Positions 8,292 through 15,197 of a DNA stretch of 18,870 nucleotides are shown here, in pieces. The translations under genes and the position numbers were made by a program. This DNA comes from a virus (taxonomy: Duplodnaviria > Heunggongvirae > Uroviricota > Caudoviricetes), in the IMG/VR virus record IMGVR_UViG_2917886563_000006, one strand, 5' to 3'. Positions within the stretch are counted from its first letter, which is position 1; every line of letters begins with the position of its first letter. The notes beneath the pieces were generated by a model that was not told the DNA's origin, made no database searches, and saw only the letters and a program-made list of their open reading frames with translations.

Positions 8292-8978
8292 ATGGATAAA
8301 TACGAACAAAGACGACTAAGGCTGATAGAGATAAGAGACCGATTCTGTAATGGAAAGGCCTCAGAGTTGGCTCGTCGAATAGAAAGGGAACCATCATACG
8401 TTTCCAGAATGCTGTATCCGGAAGGAAAAAGCGGAAAAAAACGCATTGCTGACGATATGATGGAACTAATTGAAAAATCTTTTAATCTCCCACGCGGATG
8501 GATGGACATGCTTGCAGATGGTAAAGCTGGAGCTACGGACCATCTTGAGTTTGCGGGTAACGTTCGTGCGGGTTTTGTTCCGGTAATTGGTGAAGCCGTT
8601 TTGGGAGTTGATGGCTCAGTGGATATGATTGAATTCAGATCCGGTTGGTTAAGCATCTACAGCGGCGATAAAGATGCTTACGGTCTGAAGGTTAAGGGTG
8701 ACAGCATGTGGCCAAGGATTCAGTCAGGAGAATATGTTGTTATTGAACCAAATACGCCAGTACATCCAGGTGATGAAGTCTTTGTAAGGACCAAAGACGG
8801 TCACAACATGATAAAGATCATGAACAAAACAAGAGACGGTGATTATCAGTTTAGTAGCATAAACAGTGATCACCGCCCAATCACTCTTCCTGTTGAAGAA
8901 GTTGATAAAATGCATTTTGTTTCAGCTATTGTGAAACACACCAGGTACGTAGACCAGGACGATCTGCCAAAAGTTTGA
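8292..8978 (+). CDS. cI: CI-type prophage repressor (N-terminal DNA-binding domain + C-terminal S24/LexA-like autopeptidase domain)
   Basis: 228-aa ORF; C-terminal GDSMWPRIQSGEYVVIEPN (Ser nucleophile motif) and downstream Lys typical of S24 peptidases; position and divergent arrangement with cro. Confidence 0.9.
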   Translation: MDKYEQRRLRLIEIRDRFCNGKASELARRIEREPSYVSRMLYPEGKSGKKRIADDMMELIEKSFNLPRGWMDMLADGKAGATDHLEFAGNVRAGFVPVIGEAVLGVDGSVDMIEFRSGWLSIYSGDKDAYGLKVKGDSMWPRIQSGEYVVIEPNTPVHPGDEVFVRTKDGHNMIKIMNKTRDGDYQFSSINSDHRPITLPVEEVDKMHFVSAIVKHTRYVDQDDLPKV

Positions 8979-8992
8979 GGATAAAGCAGCAA

Positions 8993-9289
8993 ATGTTTAT
9001 ACCCGGCATAGTAGTCGCTGTTGTAATCATCTGCTTCATATGGGCAAAGTTATCTCCTGTAAGCTCTAAGCATACAGCTGAACTCATGAGGAAGAAGCAT
9101 CTTATACATGAGGCAGAATCGATAATTAAAAAGTTCAAAGGCATGTCATACGACGACATGTCATCAGAGCAGATTGCTATGTATAAATGCGCCATTGAGC
9201 GCCTTGACTACTTAAACGGACTCAAACCCAAACACACCCCAGTAGAATCAAAATTGCCGCAATGGCCAAGCAATCCAAATAGCTTCTGA
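8993..9289 (+). CDS. Hypothetical small membrane protein (98 aa) in the rex slot downstream of cI
   Basis: ATG at 8993 (ORF track starts at a TTG at 8975 overlapping the cI stop); N-terminal hydrophobic helix FIPGIVVAVVIICFIWA then a charged domain; followed by a strong terminator. Confidence 0.6.
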   Translation: MFIPGIVVAVVIICFIWAKLSPVSSKHTAELMRKKHLIHEAESIIKKFKGMSYDDMSSEQIAMYKCAIERLDYLNGLKPKHTPVESKLPQWPSNPNSF

Positions 9290-9300
9290 CATCTCCTTTC

Positions 9301-9323
9301 AGCCCGCAAAGCGGGCTTTTTTA
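9301..9323 (+). terminator. Intrinsic terminator ending the immunity (cI) transcript
   Basis: AGCCCGC-AAA-GCGGGCT hairpin followed by TTTTTT. Confidence 0.75.
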
Positions 9324-9342
9324 TATCAATCCAAAAAATTAA

Positions 9343-9427
9343 TTACCTGAAAATTCAAGCAGGTAAACTCTCACATCAATTTTATTTACCTACAGGTATA
9401 GACAGAGGTTTTACCTGTAGGTATATT
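9343..9427. promoter_or_regulatory. Left operator/promoter region (oL/pL)
   Basis: Operator-type palindromes TTACCTACAGGTAT (9387-9400) and TTACCTGTAGGTAT (9411-9424), same family as oR; candidate pL -35 TAGACA (9399-9404) and -10 TATATT (9422-9427) with 17-bp spacer, upstream of nutL and N. Confidence 0.6.
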
Positions 9428-9467
9428 TTAAGCCATCAGCAGGACGCACTGACCACCATGAAGGTGA

Positions 9468-9498
9468 CGCTCTTAAAAATTAAGCCCTGAAGAAGGGC
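9468..9498 (+). promoter_or_regulatory. nutL (boxA CGCTCTTAA, boxB GCCCTGAAGAAGGGC)
   Basis: Matches lambda nutL boxA/boxB as recalled; located between pL and N. Confidence 0.8.
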
Positions 9499-9608
9499 AG
9501 CATTCAAAGCAGAAGGCTTTGGGTAGCGCGAAATGCAGCTGCAAGACAGCAACCGTGGAGATAAGCATCACGGCGCGTTACTCAAAGCTAACTGACAGGA
9601 GAATCCAG

Positions 9609-9935
9609 ATGGATGCACAAACACGCCGCCGCGAACGTCGCGCAGAGAAACAGGCTCAATGGAAAGCAGCAAATCCCCTGTTGGTTGGGGTAAGCGCAAA
9701 ACCAGTTAACCGCCCTATTCTCTCGCTGAATCGCAAACCGAAATCACGAGTAGAAAGCGCACTGAATCCGATAGACCTTACAGTGCTGGCTGAATACCAC
9801 GAACAGATTGAAAGCAACCTGCAACGTATTGAGCGCAAGAATCAGCGCACATGGTACAGCAAGCCACGCAGTGAAATGGGGGTGACTTGTGTTGGTCGCC
9901 AGAAAATGAAATTAGGCAGCAAACCACTTATTTGA
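9609..9935 (+). CDS. N: Antitermination protein N
   Basis: Start at the internal Met (MDAQTRRRERRAEKQAQWKAANPLLVGVSAKPVNRPIL...) with AGGAGA RBS; matches lambda N including the arginine-rich motif. The ORF-track upstream extension is rejected because it would span nutL. Confidence 0.95.
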   Translation: MDAQTRRRERRAEKQAQWKAANPLLVGVSAKPVNRPILSLNRKPKSRVESALNPIDLTVLAEYHEQIESNLQRIERKNQRTWYSKPRSEMGVTCVGRQKMKLGSKPLI

Positions 9936-9943
9936 GGTGAGAT

Positions 9944-10030
9944 ATGGAAGAAGAATTTGAAGAGTTCGAAGAGCATCCTCAGGATGTGATGGAACAATAC
10001 CAGGACTATCCGTATGACTACGACTATTGA
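9944..10030 (+). CDS. Possible small acidic peptide (28 aa), overlapping the ral start
   Basis: Hand-translated MEEEFEEFEEHPQDVMEQYQDYPYDYDY; GAGG 5 nt upstream; very acidic and aromatic. Could be non-coding. Confidence 0.25.
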   Translation: MEEEFEEFEEHPQDVMEQYQDYPYDYDY

Positions 10031-10214
10031 TAAGAATCAATGGTGTGGCCAATTCAAGCGATGCAATGGATGCAAGCTGCAATCGGAATGCATGGTTAAT
10101 CCTGAAGAAATGTTTCCTGTAATGGAGGATGGGAAATATGTCGATAAATGGGCAATACGAACTACGGCAATTATTGCCAGAGAACTTGGTAAACAGAACA
10201 ACAAGGCTGCCTGA
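10014..10214 (+). CDS. ral: Restriction alleviation protein Ral
   Basis: 66-aa ORF MTTTIDKNQWCGQFKRCNGCKLQSECMV... matching lambda Ral as recalled. Confidence 0.85.
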   Translation: MTTTIDKNQWCGQFKRCNGCKLQSECMVNPEEMFPVMEDGKYVDKWAIRTTAIIARELGKQNNKAA

Positions 10215-10253
10215 TGGTGGCCTTTATTTTTGGCATAAACAACAGAGGCTAAC

Positions 10254-10523
10254 ATGGAATTTAAAGGTACTAGGAAAAATTGGCGAGAAGCCAATTTTGC
10301 AGGCTTAATTTTATTTTCACACCCGGGAATGGCCCTATCCGGTAAAGAAACAGAAGAGGCCGTAGCAAATGGAAGATTAGCTATGGCTGTACCGGATTTA
10401 CTTGAAGCACTTCAGTTATTACTTAAGCAAGCCGAAAATAGAACAACGACAACATATCCAGAATGGTATGGAGCTGTTAATAAGGCTAGCGAAGCTATCA
10501 AAAAAGCCATAGGTGATGAGTAA
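10254..10523 (+). CDS. Hypothetical protein (89 aa)
   Basis: ORF with AGAGG RBS; predicted helical; stop overlaps the ATG of the next small ORF (TAATG). Confidence 0.55.
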   Translation: MEFKGTRKNWREANFAGLILFSHPGMALSGKETEEAVANGRLAMAVPDLLEALQLLLKQAENRTTTTYPEWYGAVNKASEAIKKAIGDE

Positions 10524-10681
10524 TGAATAAGAAATACATCGTTGAAGTTATAGAGCGAGAAACGAAAGAAGTAATTAAACATTTCGAATTTGATAATTAT
10601 AGAAAAGCTGACCGCGTAGAAGAGGGATTGTTGCGACAAAGTAATCTCGAAAAATTTGATGTTGTCATGCGATGCGAATAA
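10523..10681 (+). CDS. Hypothetical small protein (52 aa), translationally coupled to the upstream ORF
   Basis: Hand-translated MNKKYIVEVIERETKEVIKHFEFDNYRKADRVEEGLLRQSNLEKFDVVMRCE; below the ORF-track size cutoff. Confidence 0.45.
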   Translation: MNKKYIVEVIERETKEVIKHFEFDNYRKADRVEEGLLRQSNLEKFDVVMRCE

Positions 10682-10820
10682 GCACCTATAGCAGATTTGC
10701 GAGTCTGCTATGTGAGCAATGTCGCTCGTAACTAAACAGGAGCCGACTTGTTCTGATTATTGGAAATCTTCTTTGCCCTCCAATGTGAGGACGATTTTTT
10801 ATCTATGAGGATATGAAAAG

Positions 10821-11189
10821 ATGTCAAACATCAAAAAATACATCATTGATTACGACTGGAAAGCGTCAATAGAAATTGAAATCGACCATGACGTAATGAC
10901 AGAGGAAAAACTTCACCAGATTAATAATTTCTGGTCAGACTCTGAATACCGACTCAATAAACACGGCGCTGTATTAAATGCTGTATTAATCATGCTGACA
11001 CAACATGCTCTGCTTATAGCAATTTCGAAAGACTTAAATGCATATGGTGTTGTTTGTGAGTTCGACTGGGATGATGGAAATGGTCAGGAAGGATGGCCTC
11101 CAATGGATGGTAGTGAAGGAATAAGAATTACCGATATCGATACATCAGGAATATTTGATTCAGATGATATGACTATCAAGGCCGCCTGA
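10821..11189 (+). CDS. ea10: Ea10-like protein (122 aa)
   Basis: Size and position in the pL operon upstream of cIII match lambda ea10 as recalled; AT-rich, acidic C-terminus. Identity is by position and size, not verified by alignment. Confidence 0.6.
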   Translation: MSNIKKYIIDYDWKASIEIEIDHDVMTEEKLHQINNFWSDSEYRLNKHGAVLNAVLIMLTQHALLIAISKDLNAYGVVCEFDWDDGNGQEGWPPMDGSEGIRITDIDTSGIFDSDDMTIKAA

Positions 11190-11264
11190 GTGCGGCTTTA
11201 CCGCATACCAATAACGCTTCACTCGAGGCGTTTTCGTTATGCAATCAAATATAAGGAGTTACCC

Positions 11265-11399
11265 ATGATGCACTTTCAGCTCGCGGGTAGCGGCGTCATG
11301 TCCGCTTTCTACCCGCACGAATCTGAATTATCACGCCGAGTTAAACAATTAATCAGAGCAGCAAAGAAACAACTGGAGGCGTTATGCGCAATGAAATAG
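11265..11399 (+). CDS. cIII: CIII-like protein (44 aa; FtsH-inhibitor family)
   Basis: AAGGAG RBS 6 nt upstream of ATG; PHESELSRRVKQLIRAAKKQL resembles the conserved amphipathic core of lambda CIII (PSESLLERITRKLRDGWKRL). The ORF-track N-terminal extension is rejected. Confidence 0.65.
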   Translation: MMHFQLAGSGVMSAFYPHESELSRRVKQLIRAAKKQLEALCAMK

Positions 11400-11536
11400 C
11401 CATCAATCACCAGATGCTTCGTGCAGCACAAAACAAAGCAGTAATAGCCCGATTTATTGGTGATTCAAAAATGTGGCTTGAAGCAAATAAAGCGATGAAA
11501 TCAGCTATCAACCTTCCGTGGTATCGCAGGAAATGA
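11384..11536 (+). CDS. kil: Kil-like small protein (50 aa)
   Basis: Hand-translated MRNEIAINHQMLRAAQNKAVIARFIGDSKMWLEANKAMKSAINLPWYRRK; GGAGG RBS; overlaps the cIII 3' end as kil does in lambda; the FIGD.KM motif resembles what I recall of lambda Kil (tentative). Confidence 0.5.
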   Translation: MRNEIAINHQMLRAAQNKAVIARFIGDSKMWLEANKAMKSAINLPWYRRK

Positions 11537-11691
11537 GTTTTACAGATAACTGGTCAGACGAAGAATTCATTCGTCAGATGAAAGAATTAATCGGTAACGA
11601 AGGAGATATTCATGTCACTTGCAACCACAGTGAAGGAGAGCAAGTTACAGAGGCGCATGTACACGCAGAAAGCTCTCTGGTATCGCCATAA
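11533..11691 (+). CDS. Hypothetical small protein (52 aa), ATGA-coupled to the kil-like gene
   Basis: Hand-translated MSFTDNWSDEEFIRQMKELIGNEGDIHVTCNHSEGEQVTEAHVHAESSLVSP. Confidence 0.4.
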   Translation: MSFTDNWSDEEFIRQMKELIGNEGDIHVTCNHSEGEQVTEAHVHAESSLVSP

Positions 11692-11790
11692 TGGTGACCG
11701 CGAAGGAATGCGGGTATGCCTTAATTTGTCCAGAGTCGAAGTATTAAACCAGCGTTATTTCCTTGGGCCATGTCCATTCTGAGGTGAATT

Positions 11791-12498
11791 ATGGATTTGA
11801 ATAAATTCGATGAGCCATTCAGCCCTGAAGATATCGAATGGCGAATACAGCAAAGCGGTAAAACACGCGATGGCAAAGTGTGGGCTATGGTGCTGGCTTA
11901 TGTCACGAACCGGGCAATCATGAAACGCCTTGACGATGTTTGTGGCAAAGCGGGATGGCGCAATGAATACCGCGATATTCCCAACAACGGCGGCGTTGAA
12001 TGCGGCATATCAATCAAGATTGATTCCGAATGGGTAACCAAATGGGATGCTGCTGAAAACACGCAGGTAGAAGCCGTCAAAGGTGGTCGTTCCGGTGCAA
12101 TGAAGCGTGCTGCCGTTCAGTGGGGAATCGGTCGGTATCTGTATAACCTTGAGGAAGGTTTCGCACAAACATCTCTCGATAAAAAGCAGGGATGGCACAG
12201 GGCAAAACTGAAGGATGGAACAGGATTTTACTGGTCTCCTCCATCGCTGCCGGGATGGGCAATGCCAGCATCTGGCAATCAACCATCACCAGAAAATACC
12301 AACCAGAAATCTCCATCGGTTGACTGCGAACAAATCCTGAAAGACTTCAGCGATTATGCATCGACAGAAACTGACAAGAAAAAACTCATAGAACGTTATC
12401 AGCATGACTGGCAATTAATGGCTGGCAATGAGGATGCGCAGGCTAAATGCGTTCAGGTAATGAACATCAGAGTTAATGAACTAAAACAGGCGGCATAA
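11791..12498 (+). CDS. Single-strand annealing recombinase, Rad52/Sak-like (tentative family)
   Basis: 235-aa ORF with GAGGTGA RBS; GGRSGAMKRAAVQWGIGRYLY resembles the conserved core I recall for phage Rad52-like annealing proteins; lies directly upstream of ssb in the position of lambda bet/exo. Confidence 0.7.
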   Translation: MDLNKFDEPFSPEDIEWRIQQSGKTRDGKVWAMVLAYVTNRAIMKRLDDVCGKAGWRNEYRDIPNNGGVECGISIKIDSEWVTKWDAAENTQVEAVKGGRSGAMKRAAVQWGIGRYLYNLEEGFAQTSLDKKQGWHRAKLKDGTGFYWSPPSLPGWAMPASGNQPSPENTNQKSPSVDCEQILKDFSDYASTETDKKKLIERYQHDWQLMAGNEDAQAKCVQVMNIRVNELKQAA

Positions 12499-13005
12499 AT
12501 GGCAAGCAGAGGAGTAAATAAGGTGATTATCCTTGGTCGGGTAGGACAAGACCCGGAAGTTCGATACTCACCATCAGGAACAGCGTTCGCTAACCTGACA
12601 ATAGCCACGTCAGAACAATGGCGAGATAAAAATACTGGCGAGCAAAAGGAATTGACTGAATGGCATCGTGTTGCTGCATCCGGGAAACTGGCTGAGGTCG
12701 TGGGGCAGTATGTGAAAAAAGGTGATCAGATTTATTTCGAGGGAATGCTGAGAACCAGAAAGTGGAAAGACCAGTCAGGGCAAGACCGTTACACAACCGA
12801 GGTTCATGTCGGAATTAATGGCGTGATGCAAATGCTTGGCGGCATTGGCGACAGCAAACAACAAGCAGCCAGCAGGCAATCACAGAAGCCACAGCAGCAA
12901 TCATCCCCAGCACAACACAACGAACCTCCGATGGATTTTGACGACGATATACCCTTTGCACCAGTAACTCTCCCCTTCCCTCGTCACGCTATTCACGCAA
13001 TTTAA
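12499..13005 (+). CDS. ssb: Single-stranded DNA-binding protein SSB (with 15-aa extension beyond the DDDIPF tip)
   Basis: OB-fold N-terminus ([34 protein letters not shown]...), Gln/Pro-rich linker and [10 protein letters not shown] motif; the ORF continues [15 protein letters not shown] before the stop. Confidence 0.9.
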   Translation: MASRGVNKVIILGRVGQDPEVRYSPSGTAFANLTIATSEQWRDKNTGEQKELTEWHRVAASGKLAEVVGQYVKKGDQIYFEGMLRTRKWKDQSGQDRYTTEVHVGINGVMQMLGGIGDSKQQAASRQSQKPQQQSSPAQHNEPPMDFDDDIPFAPVTLPFPRHAIHAI

Positions 13006-13018
13006 TCAGGAGAAAACC

Positions 13019-13312
13019 ATGCCAGCGCCTCTGTATGGTGCGGACGACGCGCGCCGCTGTTCCGGCAATTCCGTATTGGAGGTGCTGGATAAATTCAGAA
13101 AAAACTACGACCTGATAATGTCGCTACCGCAGGAAACGAAAGAGGAAAAGGAATTTCGCCATTGTATATGGCTTGCAGAGAAAGAAGAACGCGAGCGAAT
13201 TTACCAGACATCAATCCGACCATTCCGCAAAGCCACATATACCCACTTCCCTGAAATTGACCCGCGCCTGCGTAATTACCGCTCACGCTATGGCGCTATC
13301 AGTAATGACTGA
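13019..13312 (+). CDS. Hypothetical protein (97 aa)
   Basis: AGGAGA RBS 5 nt upstream of ATG; protein-like composition. Confidence 0.6.
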   Translation: MPAPLYGADDARRCSGNSVLEVLDKFRKNYDLIMSLPQETKEEKEFRHCIWLAEKEERERIYQTSIRPFRKATYTHFPEIDPRLRNYRSRYGAISND

Positions 13313-13322
13313 GGAATTTACC

Positions 13323-13487
13323 ATGAGAGGACTTGCATACAATCCCGGCATTCTTCCGGCAGAAATGATTATTCGCCAACGCGTAAAGCCAATGCCATCG
13401 AGAGAGGAATTGCTTAAGCGAAATTCTTTTCCTTCAGTGAGTCAAAACAAATATCTGAATGCGATGTGGCGGAGTGGGAAGAAATGA
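13323..13487 (+). CDS. Hypothetical small protein (54 aa)
   Basis: GAGGAA RBS 6 nt upstream of ATG at 13323; stop overlaps the next ATG (ATGA). The ORF-track 104-aa version with upstream start is rejected. Confidence 0.45.
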   Translation: MRGLAYNPGILPAEMIIRQRVKPMPSREELLKRNSFPSVSQNKYLNAMWRSGKK

Positions 13488-13894
13488 AACAAATGTCACT
13501 AATTGAGATTGATGGATTTCTGAAAGGTAAATGCATCCCACGAGATTTAAAGGTTAACGAAACAAACGCTGAATATCTGGTGCGTAAGTTCGGTGAACTT
13601 GAAGCTAAATGCGCGGCGCTGGCGGAGGAGAATGCTGGGCTGAAAAACGCAATGGCCGTAACTCTTGAGCATGTGTCGGTCACGGACGCAGGACAGGCCG
13701 GAGTAGCTGCGATGATTATCAATGATGCCCTGCACCACAGCGAAACCCCAGCCACCGACGCTTTCTTGGCTGAAGTCCGGGCGCAGGGATTGGAGATGTT
13801 TGCACAGAAATGTAACTCAAAATCCGAACAGTCGCTTGCATCTGATATACGCGACAACTGGAAAAACTCTAACTCGGTGGCCAGTTTTGGTTGA
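13484..13894 (+). CDS. Hypothetical protein (136 aa, predicted coiled-coil segment)
   Basis: Start at the ATG overlapping the upstream stop; heptad-like segment [30 protein letters not shown]. Confidence 0.55.
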   Translation: MKQMSLIEIDGFLKGKCIPRDLKVNETNAEYLVRKFGELEAKCAALAEENAGLKNAMAVTLEHVSVTDAGQAGVAAMIINDALHHSETPATDAFLAEVRAQGLEMFAQKCNSKSEQSLASDIRDNWKNSNSVASFG

Positions 13895-13943
13895 CCACTT
13901 CAACGTTGACCTGGCCGCCAGCGGCGTTGCCTACAAAGAGCGG

Positions 13944-14054
13944 ATGAATATACCGGTAATTGCAGAACAGGTAGCCCGTGAGCAACCGGAGAACTTGCAC
14001 ACCTATTTCATGGAACGGCTACGATACTGGCCGGCGTTGAATTACTCCACATGA
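13944..14054 (+). CDS. Possible small ORF (36 aa; alternative TTG start at 13887 gives 56 aa)
   Basis: [36 protein letters not shown]; weak RBS; its stop lies 3 nt before the left direct repeat of the cassette. Confidence 0.25.
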   Translation: MNIPVIAEQVAREQPENLHTYFMERLRYWPALNYST

Positions 14055-14092
14055 TGCGCAAGGGGCAATATCAGCATCCTCAGGGTGATGGA

Positions 14093-14151
14093 TTGTCACC
14101 CACAGAACAATTTTATCTGCTGACTTTCCACCGTTAACGCGACACAACCTT
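14093..14151. repeat. Left terminal inverted repeat of the AT-rich cassette (perfect core 14118-14151)
   Basis: 14118-14151 TGCTGACTTTCCACCGTTAACGCGACACAACCTT is the exact reverse complement of 15105-15138; an outer part (TGTCACCC..GAACAATTTTATCTGCTG) pairs imperfectly with 15168-15197. Confidence 0.85.
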
Positions 14152-14317
14152 AATATGCCACAAAGGTTTTTGTTAACGAGCTGCATCTTTTTCTTTTCTG
14201 GGTGATGATTGTTTTATAATAAACAAATAACAACATTTATTCTTGTAAAAGTAATAATATCTCTTTGGTGATCGAATTTATTGATCGCATTTCAATTAAA
14301 CAAATAAGGAGTTTTTT

Positions 14318-15019
14318 ATGCCCAAAATTACCGGTGTTCTAGTGAGCCACCATGTGTTCGATATAAAAAAAGACATGGCTAATGGTTCATTCCCGAAAAC
14401 ATTATTTCCAGGCGCGACATTTCAGATGGTGGTTGACAATGATGTTGTCAATAATAATACGTTGGACTGGAGTGTTGTCACCAATGCGGGAGACAATTCG
14501 CTGACTGTAAATCAGGACGGCGTGGTGTCATTTTCAAATGATATTGATGAAAGTTGCATTGGTAAAACATTTGTTATTTTTGCGAAGGATAAAGCCACAG
14601 GGAAAAATGTGTCATCTTATTTAATTAAACCTTATCGCTTCTTTAAACCTCGTACCGCAACGTCGGACAGATTTTACGATGCATTGTTTTGGATTGAGGA
14701 TAAAAAAGGGACTGTCCCGGCACGACGCGATATCAATAATGTCCCTTTCGATGAACTGACGGGAGAAATGTTTCATGATGTAAAACGTGAAGTGAATTCC
14801 GGGCTTTTTCAGGAATGGGGATTTTTACTGTTTAGTGGGTGGACTAATCCTGTACGTGGTGATATTGGTAGTCTCGAATCAGAAATTTTCACTTTAGAAA
14901 ATGACAGTATATTTATATCGACAGTCAACTCCCTCCCATACTCCAGAGATCTCCATGATGATATGGACTCCCAGTCTGCACAGGCTGTAGCGTTTTACGG
15001 GGAATCTGTTGTTTCCTGA
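14318..15019 (+). CDS. Hypothetical protein (233 aa), cargo of the inverted-repeat-bounded AT-rich cassette
   Basis: Strong AAGGAG RBS 6 nt upstream of ATG; long AT-rich leader (14160-14317, sampled windows about 23-32% GC) and coding region about 40% GC versus a visibly higher-GC phage backbone; no signal peptide or transmembrane segment; no recognisable catalytic motif. Confidence 0.75.
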   Translation: MPKITGVLVSHHVFDIKKDMANGSFPKTLFPGATFQMVVDNDVVNNNTLDWSVVTNAGDNSLTVNQDGVVSFSNDIDESCIGKTFVIFAKDKATGKNVSSYLIKPYRFFKPRTATSDRFYDALFWIEDKKGTVPARRDINNVPFDELTGEMFHDVKREVNSGLFQEWGFLLFSGWTNPVRGDIGSLESEIFTLENDSIFISTVNSLPYSRDLHDDMDSQSAQAVAFYGESVVS

Positions 15020-15041
15020 TGTTTTAATGAGTTTTTAATAG

Positions 15042-15072
15042 TCTCCGTCTTTTTAATTTAAAGAGACGGAGA
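15042..15072. other. Stem-loop downstream of the 233-aa ORF (possible transcription stop/RNA stability element)
   Basis: 9-bp stem TCTCCGTCT / AGACGGAGA with 13-nt AT loop; no clean U-tract on either strand, so not a canonical intrinsic terminator. Confidence 0.4.
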
Positions 15073-15104
15073 TTATCGGCTCTGCAACGTGAAGCTCAGG
15101 AACA

Positions 15105-15197
15105 AAGGTTGTGTCGCGTTAACGGTGGAAAGTCAGCAAAAGTTGTATTGCTGGCTTTTCATGCAGCCAGCAGATAAATTGTTCCGCGGGTGACAGC
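15105..15197. repeat. Right terminal inverted repeat of the AT-rich cassette (perfect core 15105-15138; outer part 15168-15197; about 29-bp insertion between)
   Basis: Reverse complement of the left repeat; the inserted segment 15139-15167 itself contains a short hairpin (TGCTGGC...GCCAGCA). Confidence 0.85.

Noticed and set aside
10037-10639. Minus-strand ORFs (85 and 75 aa) across the ral / 89-aa gene region
   Set aside because: Antisense to ral and the coupled small-gene pair; hydrophobic low-complexity translations typical of AT-rich antisense frames; no RBS.
10776-10801. Short hairpin (CCTC...GAGG) plus T-tract upstream of the ea10-like gene as a terminator
   Set aside because: Only a 4-bp stem; too weak to call. 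Similarly the GCCGC...GCGGC hairpin at 11181-11196 lacks a convincing U-tract.
11898-12316. Three - strand ORFs (60-90 aa) inside the Rad52-like gene
   Set aside because: Antisense to a well-supported CDS; no RBS and no coupling to neighbours.
13414-13857. 147-aa - strand ORF
   Set aside because: Antisense to the 136-aa + strand gene, which has translational coupling and better composition; the - strand translation is Ser/Ala-rich low complexity.
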